This document shows positions 10,725 through 23,614 of a stretch of DNA of 64,000 nt, piece by piece (within the stretch, counting starts at the first letter, position 1; every line of letters begins with the position of its first letter). This DNA comes from an uncultured Candidatus Rokubacteria bacterium. GTDB taxonomy: Bacteria; Methylomirabilota; Methylomirabilia; Rokubacteriales; CSP1-6. Where the stretch lies: positions 738,193-802,192 of the forward strand of contig CAVWWD010000005.1 in NCBI GenBank assembly GCA_963758635.1, given 5' to 3'. The notes below the pieces were generated by a model. It saw only the letters and a list, made by a program, of their open reading frames with translations, searched no databases and was not told where the DNA came from. The position numbers were made by a program, and so were the translations under genes.

Positions 10725-12065
10725 ATGCGGATTCGCTTCTGGGGAACCCGCGGGTCGCTGGCGCGACCGGGCCCCGCCACCGTCCGCTACGGCGGCAACA
10801 CGTCGTGCGTGCAGGTGGAAGCGCCCGACGGCACGCTGATCGTCCTCGACTGCGGCACCGGCGCCCACGACCTGGGCCAGCACCTGGTCACGGCGGGGCC
10901 GCGCCCGCTCCGCGCCCACCTGCTCCTCACCCACACGCACTGGGACCACATCCAGGGGTTTCCGTTCTTCGCGCCGCTGTTCGTCCCCGACAACGAGTGG
11001 GACGTGTACGCGCCCCAGGGGCTGAGCCAGCGGATCGAGGCGACGCTGGCCGGGCAGATGGAGTACGAGTACTTCCCGGTCACCCTCGCCCAGATGGGCG
11101 CGACCATCCGCTACCACGACCTCGAGGAGGGCGCCTTCACCCTGGGCGGCGTGCAGGTCACGACGCGGTACCTGAACCATCCGGGCCTCGCGCTGGCCTA
11201 CCGGCTCGAGACGGGCGGCGCCAGCCTCGTGTACGCCACCGATCACGAGCCGCACTCGCTGCACGCCGACGCGCCCGCCACCGGCCCCGTGCACCGTGAG
11301 GACCAGCGTCACATCGAGTTCCTCACCGGCGCGCAGCTCCTCGTCCACGACGCGCAGTACACGCTCGAGGAGTACGCCCACAAGCGCCACTGGGGGCACT
11401 CCCCCGCCGAGCGCGTGGTGGACTTCGCGGTGGCCGCCGGCGTGGAGCGCCTCGCCCTGTACCATCACGACCCGCAGCGGAGCGACGACGCGCTGGACCG
11501 ACTCGTGGAGACGTGCCGGCGCCGGGTCGCCGCCGCGGGGAGCGCGGTGGACGTGTTCGCGGCCTTCGAGGGGCAGGTGATCGAGCTGAACGGACGGGTG
11601 GCCGAGGCCGCCGCGGCGATCCGGGCCGCCGACACCGCGACCGCGGGCGCGGCCGCGGTGTCGGGCGCCATGACCGTGCTCATCGTGGACGACGATCCGG
11701 GCATGATCGAGCTGCTCACCGCCACCCTCGAGCCCGAGGGCTTCCGGCTCGTCATCGCCGCCAACGGCGACACCGCGCTCGCCGTGGCCCACGTGGCCCG
11801 CCCCGATCTCGTCCTCCTCGACTGGAACCTGCCCGGACGCAGCGGGCTCGAGATCTGCCGCGCCCTCCGCGCCGACGCCGACGCGAAGCTCCGCCAGGTG
11901 CCGGTCGTGATGCTCACCGGCCAGGTGGAGGCCGAGCACACCGCGGCGGGATTCGCGGCGGGGATCGACGACTACGTGACCAAGCCCTTCAAGCCGACCT
12001 ATCTCCGCGCGCGCGTGCACGCCTGGCTGATCCGGGGCCGGACGGGCGCCGCGGGAAACGGCTGA
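10725..12065 (+). CDS. MBL-fold metallohydrolase fused to a C-terminal receiver domain
   Basis: [27 protein letters not shown]; then [23 protein letters not shown]. Confidence 0.88.
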   Translation: MRIRFWGTRGSLARPGPATVRYGGNTSCVQVEAPDGTLIVLDCGTGAHDLGQHLVTAGPRPLRAHLLLTHTHWDHIQGFPFFAPLFVPDNEWDVYAPQGLSQRIEATLAGQMEYEYFPVTLAQMGATIRYHDLEEGAFTLGGVQVTTRYLNHPGLALAYRLETGGASLVYATDHEPHSLHADAPATGPVHREDQRHIEFLTGAQLLVHDAQYTLEEYAHKRHWGHSPAERVVDFAVAAGVERLALYHHDPQRSDDALDRLVETCRRRVAAAGSAVDVFAAFEGQVIELNGRVAEAAAAIRAADTATAGAAAVSGAMTVLIVDDDPGMIELLTATLEPEGFRLVIAANGDTALAVAHVARPDLVLLDWNLPGRSGLEICRALRADADAKLRQVPVVMLTGQVEAEHTAAGFAAGIDDYVTKPFKPTYLRARVHAWLIRGRTGAAGNG

Positions 12066-12082
12066 GCGTCTCCGCCGGCCCG

Positions 12083-13399
12083 ATGCGTCTCGTCCCCGAC
12101 CTCGTGCTCGTCGACGGGCGGTTCGAGGCCGGGCGGGCCGTCACGGTGGAGGGCGGGCGCATCACCGACGTCGGCCCCTTCCCGCCCGCGTGGGGCGACG
12201 CCGCCTTCGCCGACGACGTCGTGCGCCTCCCCGGCAAGGCGCTCCTGCCCGGCACGGTCAACGCGCACTGCCACACCTTCCAGTCGCTCCTGCGCGGCCT
12301 CGGCGACGACCTCGACTTCATGGCCTGGCGGGACCGCGTCCTCTACCCGTACTCGACCCGGCTGGACCGGGACGGCATCTACCTGGGGGCGGCCTTCGCC
12401 TTCGCCGAGATGCTGGGCCACGGGGCCACGACCTGCGTGGACTTCTTCTACCTGCAGGACGGCGGCAACGACAACGCGGAGGCGGTGATCCAGGCCGCGC
12501 GCGACACCGGCATCCGCCTCGTCCTCGCGCGCGCCATGTACGACTGGGACGGCGCGCCCGCGCGCTACCGCGAGACGCCCGGGGACGCCGCCCGCCGCGT
12601 GCGCGAGCTGATCGACGCCCACGCCGGCGACCCGACGATCACGGTGCAGCCGGCGCCGCACAGCCCCCACGGCGCGTCGCCCGCGATGATCCGCGCCGGC
12701 TTCGAGGTGGCGGAGGCGGCGGACACGCGCTTTCACATCCACGTGGCGGAGGGCCAGTACGAGGGCGCGCGCACGCTCGCCGAGCACGGGGCCACGCCCA
12801 TCCGCTACCTCGACCGGCTCGGCGTCCTCGGGCCGCGGGCCATCGGCGTGCACTGCGTCTGGCTCGACGACGAGGAGATCCGGCTGATGGCGGAGCGCGG
12901 GGCGGGCCTCGCCTACTGCCCGTCGTCGAACATGATCCTGGGCGACGGGATCACGCGCATCACGGAGATGCAGGCCCTCGGCGTCCGCATCGGGCTCGGC
13001 ACCGACGGCGGCTGCACCAACAACCGCCTGAGCGTCTTCGAGGAGATGCGCATGGCCGCCCTCCTCCAGAAGGTGCGTCACCTCGACGGCACGCGGCTGC
13101 CCGCGCAGGTGGCCCTCGAGATGGGCACGGCGGAGGGCGCGGCGCTGCTCGGCCTGCCCACCGGGCGCATCGCTCCCGGCATGCTCGCCGACCTGGTCGC
13201 GGTGGACCTCGGTCACCCGTCGCTGCATCCGCCGGTGAACCTGGTGAAGAGCGTCGTCTACGCCATGTCCCATCAGGCGGTGACCGACGCGTGGGTGCAC
13301 GGCCGCCACGTGGTGGCCGGCCAGCGGCTGACGACGATGGACCAGCCGGCGCTCCTCGCGCGCGTGCGGGAGCTGACCCGCGACTGGACGGTCGCGTGA
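12083..13399 (+). CDS. amidohydrolase (MtaD/nucleoside- or purine-deaminase-like)
   Basis: NAHCH, HIHVAE, HCVW, CPSSN and GTDG metal-binding motifs. Confidence 0.85.
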   Translation: MRLVPDLVLVDGRFEAGRAVTVEGGRITDVGPFPPAWGDAAFADDVVRLPGKALLPGTVNAHCHTFQSLLRGLGDDLDFMAWRDRVLYPYSTRLDRDGIYLGAAFAFAEMLGHGATTCVDFFYLQDGGNDNAEAVIQAARDTGIRLVLARAMYDWDGAPARYRETPGDAARRVRELIDAHAGDPTITVQPAPHSPHGASPAMIRAGFEVAEAADTRFHIHVAEGQYEGARTLAEHGATPIRYLDRLGVLGPRAIGVHCVWLDDEEIRLMAERGAGLAYCPSSNMILGDGITRITEMQALGVRIGLGTDGGCTNNRLSVFEEMRMAALLQKVRHLDGTRLPAQVALEMGTAEGAALLGLPTGRIAPGMLADLVAVDLGHPSLHPPVNLVKSVVYAMSHQAVTDAWVHGRHVVAGQRLTTMDQPALLARVRELTRDWTVA

Positions 13400-13513
13400 C
13401 GAGCCGGACGACAGCAGGCCGACGTGTTCATCCAGAGCCCGGAGTTCGCGGCGCGCCTCCGCTCGCTGTTTCCCTGAGCATCGCCGCCCGCGGCCCTCGC
13501 GCGGGCGGTCGCA

Positions 13514-13543
13514 TTGACACCCTCGCGGGGCCCGGGGTACTGT
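13514..13543 (+). promoter_or_regulatory. sigma70 promoter upstream of trpB2
   Basis: TTGACA-N18-TACTGT. Confidence 0.5.
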
Positions 13544-13599
13544 GGCCCCGTTTTCGCGCCGAGAACCCACGCCAACCGCGGAGCAGGAGGAGGCCACCC

Positions 13600-14982
13600 A
13601 TGGCTCGCAAGCCCGCCGACATGACCACCAAGTACCTCCTGTCCGAGAAGGAGATGCCGACCAAGTGGTACAACGTGCAGGCGGACCTGAAGACGCCGCT
13701 GCCGCCGCCGCTGCACCCCGGCACGGGCCAGCCCATCGGGCCGGCGGACCTCGCCCCGCTCTTCCCCATGGAGCTCATCAAGCAGGAGGTGAGCCAGGAG
13801 CGGTGGATCGAGATCCCCGACGAGGTGCGCGACGTGCTGCGCCTCTGGCGGCCCACGCCGCTCTACCGCGCTCACCGGCTCGAGCGCGCGCTGGATACGC
13901 CGGCCCACATCTACTACAAGTACGAGGGCGTGAGCCCCGCGGGCAGCCACAAGCCGAACACCGCGGTGGCCCAGGCCTACTACAACAAGAAGGAGGGCGT
14001 GGCCCGGCTCAGCACCGAGACCGGCGCGGGCCAGTGGGGCTCGGCGCTCGCGCAGGCGACGAGCTTCTTCGGCCTGCAGTGCAAGGTGTACATGGTGAAG
14101 GTCTCGTACCAGCAGAAGCCGTACCGGCGCATCCTCATGGAGACGTTCGGCGCGCAGGTGGTGCCGAGCCCGAGCCCGGACACGCAGGCGGGCAAGAAGG
14201 TGCTCGAGCAGGACCCGGAGTCGCCGGGGAGCCTCGGCATCGCGATCAGCGAGGCGGTGGAGGACGCGGCCACGCGTGACGACACGAAGTATTCCCTGGG
14301 CAGCGTGCTGAACCACGTCCTCATGCACCAGACGGTGATCGGGCTCGAGACGAAGAAGCAGCTCGAGAAGGCCGACGCCGAGGCCGACGTGATCGTGGGC
14401 TGCATCGGCGGCGGCTCGAACTTCGCCGGCTTCTCCTTCCCGTTCGTGGGCGACAAGCTCGCGGGCAAGCGCAAGAAGCTCCGCGTGGTCGCGGTGGAGC
14501 CCACCGCGTGCCCGAGCCTCACCAAGGGCAAGTACGTGTACGACTTCGGAGACACCGTCGGCCTCACGCCGCTGGTGAAGATGCATACGCTCGGGCACAC
14601 GTTCATCCCCGCCCCCATGCACGCGGGCGGGCTCCGCTACCACGGCATGGCCCCGCTCATCTGCAAGCTCTACGACGAGGGCGTGATCGAGGCGCGCGCG
14701 GTGGCCCAGATCGCCACGTTCCAGGCCGCGGTGCAGTTCGCGCGCGCCGAGGGCATCCTGCCCGCGCCGGAGGCCGCCCACGCCGTGCGCGGCGCCATCG
14801 ACGAGGCCCTGGCCGCCAAGCGCGACGGCAAGCGGCGGACCATCGTCTTCAACCTCTGCGGCCACGGCTTCCTCGACCTGTCCGCGTACGAGTCGTACCT
14901 GGCCGGGAAGCTCCAGGACTACGAGTACCCCGCTTCGAGCGTCAACGAGGCGCTGCGCCACCTGCCCAAGGTGAAGGGCTGA
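13600..14982 (+). CDS. trpB2: TrpB-like PLP enzyme (TrpB2)
   Basis: [12 protein letters not shown] lysine, [23 protein letters not shown]; no adjacent trpA. Confidence 0.93.
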   Translation: MARKPADMTTKYLLSEKEMPTKWYNVQADLKTPLPPPLHPGTGQPIGPADLAPLFPMELIKQEVSQERWIEIPDEVRDVLRLWRPTPLYRAHRLERALDTPAHIYYKYEGVSPAGSHKPNTAVAQAYYNKKEGVARLSTETGAGQWGSALAQATSFFGLQCKVYMVKVSYQQKPYRRILMETFGAQVVPSPSPDTQAGKKVLEQDPESPGSLGIAISEAVEDAATRDDTKYSLGSVLNHVLMHQTVIGLETKKQLEKADAEADVIVGCIGGGSNFAGFSFPFVGDKLAGKRKKLRVVAVEPTACPSLTKGKYVYDFGDTVGLTPLVKMHTLGHTFIPAPMHAGGLRYHGMAPLICKLYDEGVIEARAVAQIATFQAAVQFARAEGILPAPEAAHAVRGAIDEALAAKRDGKRRTIVFNLCGHGFLDLSAYESYLAGKLQDYEYPASSVNEALRHLPKVKG

Positions 14983-15156
14983 CGCGGCCGGGCGCCCCGC
15001 GCTGCCGGCCGCGCCGCGCGCGGCTCGTCCGTCCGTGGCGGCGCGCTCGCCGTGATGCTCGCCGTCGCCGCAACGACACTCGCAGAATGCGGTAACCGCC
15101 ACGGGCCGTCTACAGTCCCAGCCGCTCAGGCAAGGGCATCCGGAGGCTGCCGGGGC

Positions 15157-16861
15157 TCATTCGGCCGACCCGCGGCGGCGCCGCCAGACGTCGGCGAGGG
15201 CGGCGAGCTTCGCCCGCACGGGCAGCCGCTCGTCGGACAGCGCCTCGAGGAAGTCGGAGAGCCGGCGCGAGCGCGCGATGGACCACGCGGTGAGCGTGAT
15301 CGTCGGCACCAGGACCAGCGCGAAGTAGCCGAGCTTCGTGCCCCACGGCGCGTCGGCCGCGGCGAGCAGGTTCATGCCCAGGAAGCCCGTGGTGATCGTC
15401 CCGATGAGCCCCACCACCGTCACCACCGTGAGCCGGATCACCATGTTCGCCTGGCGCCGGAGCGAGTCGCTGTCCAGGTACTCGCTCATGTCCTGGATCT
15501 CGTCGCGCACCTCCGTGAACAGGCGCTCGGTGGCCAGCGCGTCCTGGCACATGCGGTAGAGCGCCTTCGCCTGGGCCTGGTCGGAGATCTCGTGGAACCA
15601 GTACCGGTGCGTGAACCGGAGGAAGACCTCCTTGATCTGGCGGATGCGGCGCTTGAAGCGCTTGACCGACTCCGCGTCCGGCACGTCCAGGCGGTTCACC
15701 GCGTCCACCAGCCGGTCGGCGAGGAGCACGAGCGCCGCCTTGTGGAAGTGGGGGACCAGGAACAGGAGGAAGTGCTGGTGCCGGAAGTGGGCGAGGAGGC
15801 CCATCTCGCGGTCCACGAAGTACGGGTCCGCGGCGCCGCCCACCATCACCAGCGCCTCGCCCGAGCAGAGGTAGCGCGTCCCGCCCTCGGCCGTGTCGTC
15901 CCAGTAGCGGTCGTAGCAGTAGCGGCTCTCGAAGTCCGCGACGTGCCGCTCCGAGAACGGCAGCACGCCCGGCGCGCCCGGCGCGGTGACGAGCCCGAGC
16001 CGGACGAAGTCGGCGCGGCTGAGCGCGCGCGGCCGGTCGACCGCGAGGTACGCGAGCAGCGGCATCCGGTGGTACTCGATCGGCCGGTAGCGGAGCGCGC
16101 CCCGCTGCCCGGAGTGGTGCGGGACCATGGGCGTCAGAAGGTGCTCCCAGTGCGCGGCGATGGCGGGAGCGCGATAGCGGCACACGTGGGCCAGGAACTT
16201 CTCGCGCTTCTCGTAGTCCGACACCGCCAGCACCGAGCCGTCCTCGGCCAGCCACTCCGCCCGGGTCACGCAGTGGCCCCCCTGCCCGTCGGGCCCCCAG
16301 TGCGTGGGATACGCGCGGCCGATGCGGTACAGGAGGTCCTGCACCTGACCGAGGGGCAGGCTCCCTGCCCGCCAGCTCCACGGCCAGGATGATCACGTCC
16401 ACGTCGTAGAAGGCGTAGAGGTCCACGTGAGCCACGTCCAGGACGACCGCGTCGGCGTCCCCGGGGCACTGGAGCCTGACCTTGGCCACGTCGGTGCGCC
16501 GGAACACGCGGATCGGCGACTCGCCGTGCCGGATGCCGCGCGCCGCGCCCTCCCCGTAGAGGAGCCGCTGCACGTAGGGGAGGAACGTCACGAACTCGCC
16601 GTAGTGGCGCTCCTGGAAGAGCGCGGGGTCGCTCGGGAACTCGTCCTCGACCGTGCGCCAGCATGGGCCGAAGTCGCCCTCGGTCAGGAGCTGCCAGGGC
16701 GCCGCCGCCGCCCCGTCCGCCGCCATCAGCTCGAGCGGCCACAGCAGGATCTGGCGGAAATGGCGGACGGTGGCGTGAGCGGCCTGCTCCACAGAGCCTC
16801 GTGGCGTCCGGCGCGGGCGGCGATCCCGCGGCCGAGAAAGCGAGTCGATCGGGCTGAACAC
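15157..16861 (-). CDS. CorA-like membrane-anchored protein with a large N-terminal domain (frameshift near 16350)
   Basis: C-terminal TGFLGMN plus two TM helices; N-terminal VRHFRQILLWPL...FQERHYGEFVTFLPYVQR in the overlapping frame. Confidence 0.78.
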
Positions 16862-16996
16862 TCATAGCACGTTCCCGGCGCGAGGGTCGACCCGCCGGCG
16901 CTCCGCGGCGCTCGGACGATCACCGTCGCCTTGCGCCGCCGCGGGGGCTCGGGTACGGTCGCGATGCGCCGCCCGCCGCGGCGAAAGGAGGACGGA

Positions 16997-17413
16997 GTGA
17001 TCGCGTCGCCCGCCGGCTGGCCGAGAGCGGCCGCTTCCAGAACGTCGTGCTCGCCGTGATCGTGCTGACCGCCGTGCTCATCGGCCTCGAGACGTTCCGA
17101 ATCGCTGGCCGAGCGCCATCGCGCCCTCTTCGACGCCGCCGAGATGCTCGTCCAGGCGGTCTTCGTCGTCGTCATCAACAACCTTGAATCGGCCAAGGAC
17201 GAGGCCCGGGCGGAAGCGGATCGGGGAGGTCCCAACGAGGACCTGCTCGGCGCGATCGGAGAGATCCGGGACCGGGTCGACCACGTGGAGCGGCTGATCC
17301 GCACCGCCGCCCCGGAAACGCCTCGCGCCGCGTGCCGCCCCGCCCGCGAGCGTGGCCCTCGCCCCGCCGACCGGGACCCCGGGCCGGGCGCCGGGCGCCG
17401 TCCCCGAGGTTGA
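16997..17413 (+). pseudogene. internally deleted bacterial voltage-gated Na/ion channel (S1-S2 joined to the end of S6 and the coiled coil)
   Basis: AGGAGG RBS; RLAESGRFQNVVLAVIVLTAVLIGLET (S1-like), AEMLVQAVFVV (S2-like) runs directly into VINNLESAK and LLGAIGEIRDRVDHVERLI. Confidence 0.6.
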
Positions 17414-17588
17414 CCATCGGCTCGTAGCCGGTCCGCCCCACCCGGACCTGGGCGGCGCGAGCGGGTCCGGCTCCCGTACCGCGTTCGTATCGTATTCGTC
17501 ATCACCCCGTCACGAGCGCCTGGTACGGTGCCGTCCGCAGCCGACGATCGACGCCGTCATCCAGATCGGTCCGGGGAGGAATCTCGAC

Positions 17589-19038
17589 ATGACGTCGCTG
17601 ACCAAGGCCATCGTGCTCGCCGCAACCCTGCTCTGGAGCGCGCCCGCTCTCGCCACGCCCGTCTTCGTCAACGGGCTCGCGCTGCCCGGCGACACCGTGG
17701 ACCTGCGGGGCGACCGCCTGGGGTACTTCTCCGACATCTACTACGACCCCAACCGGAACGAGTGGTGGGCCCTCGGCGACCGCGGCCCCGGCGGAGGCAC
17801 GCTCTCCTACGACACGCGGGTGCAGCGCTTCACGATCGACGTGGACGCCGCGACCGGCGCGATCTCGAACTTCAAGGTCGTGCAGACGATCGTCTTCACC
17901 AACGCCGCGGGCACCATTCCGTTCAACGGCATCGCCCCGTCGCCGGCAAACAACCTCGGGCGCTCCTTCGACCCCGAAGGGATTCGTGGTGGTGCCGAAG
18001 ACAGGGCGCTTCCTCGTGTCCGACGAATACGGGCCCGTCGCTCTACGAGTTCAACCGCGACGGTACGCTCCACCGGGCTTTCACCACGCCCGGCCAACCT
18101 GGTCCCGCGAACGGCGCCGGGCGAGCAACAACTTCGCCAGCGACGTGGGCAACACCGCGGGCAAGCGGACCAACCGCGGCTTCGAGGGCCTGGCGGTGAG
18201 CCCGGACGGCAAGTTCACCTACGCGATGCTCCAGAGCGCCATGCTCGACGAGGGCGGGGGCGACGGCGTGTACGCGCGCATCGTGAAGTTCGACAATGCG
18301 ACCGGCGAGGCCGTCGCGCAGTACGCGTACAAGATGGAAGGCGCGGGCCAGGGGCGCGGCATCTCCGCCCTCGTGGCCATCAACGACCACGAGTTCCTGG
18401 TGCTCGAGCGCAACAACCGCGGCGTCGGGCGTGGACTCGGAGCTGACGCCCGCCGAACAAGAAGGTGTTCAAGATCGATCTCGCCGGAGCGACGGACGTG
18501 AGCGCGCATGACGCTGCCCGCCGGGGACGCCCTTGATCCTCTGCCCAGCGGGCGTCGTGCTCGTCACGAAGGAGGCCACGCCCGTTCATGGATCTCGGCC
18601 GCGGACACGCTGGCCGCCTTTGGCAACCGCGTGTCCCGGAGAAGTTCGAGGGGCTCAGCATCGGGCAGCAGCTCGCCAGCGGCGCAATACCTGATCCTGG
18701 TGGGCACCGACAACGATTTCTCGATCACGCAGGACCTGGATTCCGGCATCCAGTTCGACGAGTATTTCCGGTTCTCGGGCTCGATCACCGAGCGCATCCG
18801 CTGCGACCGCGGCACCTTCGTCAACTGCACCTCGGTCAACAGCGATGGCACGCTGGGAGATCCCTTCTCTGGGGAGACTGACGGATTCGGCCTGCTGCCT
18901 GGCCTCCTGTACGCCTATCTGAGCGGCTCCGGCGACCTCGCGTCGCTCGTGCGGCCGGCGTCCGCTCCGTGGTCGGCGGCGCTCGTCCTTGCCGGGATGG
19001 CCGCAATGGCGCTGGGCCGCCGTCGCGGCCGCGCGTGA
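17589..19038 (+). CDS. esterase-like activity of phytase family secreted protein with a PEP-CTERM-like tail (several frameshifts)
   Basis: Signal peptide; ALGDRGPGGG, FDPEG, SDEYGP, NRGFEGLA, FLVLERNN, GTDNDFS; tail ASAP-TM-RRR. Confidence 0.8.
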
Positions 19039-19140
19039 CCGGCCGCGCGCCGGCTCCCCGGCCCTTCTGGCGGGGATCGGCCTCACGCTGAGCGGGCTTC
19101 TCGCGCCTGAAGGGGAGGGACGCAAAGGCGACCCTTCACG

Positions 19141-19186
19141 TTGACCGGGCATGGGGGTGGCCATACCATCACGCTATGGCCATACC
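19141..19186 (+). promoter_or_regulatory. leaderless promoter and repeated operator of vapBC module 1
   Basis: TTGACC-N17-TACCAT-N6-ATG; TGGCCATACC repeated at 19158-19167 and 19177-19186. Confidence 0.6.
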
Positions 19187-19460
19187 GATGATCAAGTCGA
19201 CGTACACGCTCGACGTGGCGACGATCCGGACGCTCGAGACCTTGGCTCGGCGCTGGAAGGTATCCAAGTCCGAGGCGTTGCGGCGGGCGATCCTGGCCGC
19301 CTCGGGCGAGGCTCCCGCCGCGGCCAGCGAGCCGCTCGCCGCGCTCGATCAGGTTCAGCGGGCGCTGCGGCTCACGCCGGCCCGGGCCGCGGCCTGGGGG
19401 CGGGGCGCGCGAGCGGAGCGCCGGGGCGCGTCGTCCCGTCGCCTCGCGCGGTCCCTGTGA
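19176..19460 (+). CDS. CopG/RHH-type antitoxin
   Basis: KSTYTLD...LARRWKVSKSEALRRAI; stop overlaps the PIN gene start (GTGA). Confidence 0.75.
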   Translation: MAIPMIKSTYTLDVATIRTLETLARRWKVSKSEALRRAILAASGEAPAAASEPLAALDQVQRALRLTPARAAAWGRGARAERRGASSRRLARSL

Positions 19461-19897
19461 TCCTCCTCGATACGAGCTTCCTCATCCGGGCTCTCGTCCA
19501 CGGATCGCCGGAGGACCTTGCCGTGAGGCGCTGGCTCAGGGCGGGAGACTCCATCGGCATCAGCGCGATCGGCTGGGCCGAGTTCCTGTGCGGTCCCGTG
19601 GCCCCCGGAGACCTCGGCCTCGTCGCCCGGATCGTCGGTGAGCCGCTTCCGTTCGCGAGCGCCGACGCCGCTGTCACCGCGAGCCTCTTCAACGTCGCGG
19701 GGCGGCGGCGCCACTCGCTCGTCGATTGCATGATCGCGGCGGTGGCGCTCCGGGCGGAGGCGCCCCTCGCCACCTCCAATCCCGCGGACTTCCGGCGCTT
19801 CGAGCCGGCGGGGCTCCGGCTCGCGGGATGGCCGGCGGCTACTCGCCCTTCAGACGCGGATCCAGGAGATCGCGGAGGGCGTCGCCCACGAGGTTGA
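19457..19897 (+). CDS. vapC: PIN-domain (VapC-like) toxin
   Basis: ILLDTSFLI, WAEFLCG, LVDCMIAA, LATSNPADF. Confidence 0.82.
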   Translation: MILLDTSFLIRALVHGSPEDLAVRRWLRAGDSIGISAIGWAEFLCGPVAPGDLGLVARIVGEPLPFASADAAVTASLFNVAGRRRHSLVDCMIAAVALRAEAPLATSNPADFRRFEPAGLRLAGWPAATRPSDADPGDRGGRRPRG

Positions 19898-20741
19898 AGG
19901 CGAGGACGGTCACCATGATGGCGAGGCCCGAGAAGGTCGTGATCCAGGGGCAGCACTTGATGTACTGCCGCCCCTCGCTCAGGATGTTCCCCCAGCTCGC
20001 GGTCGGCGGCGGGATGCCGAGGCCGAGGAACGACAGGCTCGCCTCCGTCCGGATCGCCGTGGCGATGTAGAGGGTGGCCACCACGACCAGCGCGTAGAGC
20101 GTGTTGGGGAACACGTGGTGGGCCATCAGCCGGAGCTGGCCGCTGCCCAGCGCGCGCGCGGCCACGATGTAGTCCTGCTCGCGGATGGTCAGCGCGAGGC
20201 TCCGCGCCAGCCGCACGAAGTTCGGCGTGAGGGCCACGCCGATGGCCATGATCTCGTTGATCAGCGACCCGCCGAGCGCGGTCACGATGATCAGGGCCAG
20301 CAGCAGCGTGGGGAAGGCCATCAGCATGTCCGCGGCCCGCATGATCGTGGTCTCGACGCGGCCCCCCCGGAACCCGGCGACAATGCCCAGCGGCACGCCG
20401 ATCGCGAAGGCGAAGACCACCGAGGCCAGGCCCACCTCGAGCGAGACGCGGGCGCCCCAGATGATCCGGCTCAGGATGTCCCGGCCGAACTCGTCGGTGC
20501 CCAGCCAGTGCCGGTCGGCCGCGCCGGGCCCCTTCAGCACGGCGTCCGCGTACTGGGCCGACGGGCTCAGGGGCGCGAGGAGCGGCGCGGCGGCGGCCAT
20601 CACGACCATCGCCACCGCGAGAGCGATGCCGATGCCGATCGGAATCATCCGGCGCATCCGGCCGCGCTGCTGGTCGCGAGCCTCGTGGTCGACGGTGGTC
20701 AGGGTGAGGTCGGCGGACCCCGCGCGGCGAACGATGGCCAT
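19839..20741 (-). CDS. peptide/nickel-family ABC permease (DppC-like)
   Basis: HWLGTDEFGRDILSR, EASLSFLGLG, GDALRDLLDP. Confidence 0.9.
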   Translation of the reverse strand: MAIVRRAGSADLTLTTVDHEARDQQRGRMRRMIPIGIGIALAVAMVVMAAAAPLLAPLSPSAQYADAVLKGPGAADRHWLGTDEFGRDILSRIIWGARVSLEVGLASVVFAFAIGVPLGIVAGFRGGRVETTIMRAADMLMAFPTLLLALIIVTALGGSLINEIMAIGVALTPNFVRLARSLALTIREQDYIVAARALGSGQLRLMAHHVFPNTLYALVVVATLYIATAIRTEASLSFLGLGIPPPTASWGNILSEGRQYIKCCPWITTFSGLAIMVTVLAFNLVGDALRDLLDPRLKGE

Positions 20742-20761
20742 CGATGGCTCCCCTGTTCCGC

Positions 20762-21768
<1,007 letters not shown>

Positions 21769-21775
21769 CGCGCGC

Positions 21776-23375
21776 TCAGTTCACGATCTTGAGCATCTCC
21801 GGGTAGTTGTAGCTGTAGTGCAAGGAGAACTCCCCGTACTCGGGATCGAACGGGGTGGTGACGCGCTTCTGGTTGCGCGCCCACTGGTTCGGCACGTCGC
21901 TGATGGGCAGGCAGATCAAATCCTTCTCGATGCGCTTCTGCGCCTCCGCGTAGATCGACGCCCGCTTCTTCACGTCGCGCTCCACGCGGCCGGCGGCGAG
22001 GAGGTCGTCGACGCCCTTGTAGTGCGCGAAGTTCGTGCCCTTGTTGCCGGTGGCGGGGTTGGGGATCTCGCTTCCGTCGAAGAAGAGCGACATCCAGGGA
22101 TCCGCGTCGGTGAGGCGCGTGCCCCCGTAGAGCACGAACGGGTTCAGGTTCTTGCGGATGTTGTCGTGGTAGGTGGCGTGCTCGACGATCTGCAGCTCGA
22201 GGTTGATCCCGACCTTCTTGAGCTGCTCCTGGGTGAGGGTGAGCACCTTGGGGTAGAAGAACGACTTGCTGATGAAGTACGGCTTGATGGTGAGGCCGTT
22301 CGGATGCCCGGCCTCGGCCATGAGCTTCTTGGCCAGCTCGGGGTTGTACTCCGGGAACTGCATGGGGACGTGACCGAAGTAGCCCGGGGGCACGCAGCTC
22401 ACGGCGAGGCGCGCGAGGCCGCCCGGATACATCGTCTCCTTGATCGCCTTCCGGTCGATGGCGTGCATGAACGCCTTGCGCATGCGGATGTCGTCGAAGG
22501 GCGGCTTGGTCATGTTGATGTAGAAGCGCTCCTGCCCGCCGGGGCCGCGCCGGTCGATGACCGCCCCCATCTTCTTGACCTGGTCGGCGAAGTCGGCGGT
22601 GACCGCCTCGGGGTAGAGCAGGTCGAAGGTCCCCTTCTCGAGCCCGATGAGCTTGGTCGAGTCCTCGGGCACGTCGAACCAGTGGACCTCGTCGATCTGC
22701 GGCCGGCCGCCGCGGAACTTGTCGAAGGCCTTCATGACCACCTTCTCCCGCGGGGAGTGGCGCTCGAACTCGAAGGGGCCGGTGCCCACCGGGTTCCACT
22801 TGTACTGCTCGCCGAACTTCTCGACCGCCTTCTTCGACACGATGTAGCCGGCCTGGTACCCGACCACGCGCAGCAGGAAGATCGGGTCGAAGGCCTTGAG
22901 CGCGAACTGCACGGTGTAGGGGTCGACGACCTCGACGGACTTGATCGTCTCGATAACCTCGGCGAACCGCGTCCCCGGCGTCCGCTTGATCTGCCGGTCG
23001 AAGCTGAACTTCACGTCCTCGGCCGTCAGCTCGCCGAACCCCTTGTGGAACTGGATGCCCTTGCGGATCTTGAAAGTCCAGATCGTGCCCTCGGCCGAGG
23101 TCGTCCAGCTCTCGGCGATGTCCGGCTCCACCTCGGACGTGATGACCTTGCCGTCCTTGATGGCGAACCTGCGTGAGGCCCCGGTACATGAACCGCTTGA
23201 TGGCCTGGGTCTGGCCGAGGATGCTCATGTGGGGATCGAGGGTGTCCGGCTCCTTGGCCGCGATGTTCAGGACCTTCTTCTTCTGCGCCTCCGCGGGGGG
23301 CGGGCCGAAGAGCGCGAGGCCAAGCAGTGCGGACAGCAGGACGGCGACACACCGGAGCCAGGTCGATCGGGACAT
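21776..23375 (-). CDS. peptide-family ABC substrate-binding protein (frameshift near 23170)
   Basis: Signal peptide, EPDTLDPH, PDIAESW, LTAEDVKFSF, PVGTGPF. Confidence 0.9.
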
Positions 23376-23614
23376 GGACGCCTCCTCGTTCGATGGGCGG
23401 AGCGGGATCGAGCGGGACGAGAGTCCCGAGCGCGCGCGACGGCGAAGCGACAGCGGCTCTGCTGAGCGCGATTCGAGCACCGGCACCTCGGTCGAATCGG
23501 ATCAGGACGGGTCGGGGTGGACGGCGCGTGGTCATCGGCGACGACCCGTTACCGTCTCCGGCCCCGAATTGGCCGATACCTTATACGAGTCCCGGGGTGC
23601 CTGCAAGCCGTGGC

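Noticed and set aside
13600..14982. Orphan tryptophan synthase beta as a novelty
   Set aside because: Stand-alone TrpB2 without trpA is well known.
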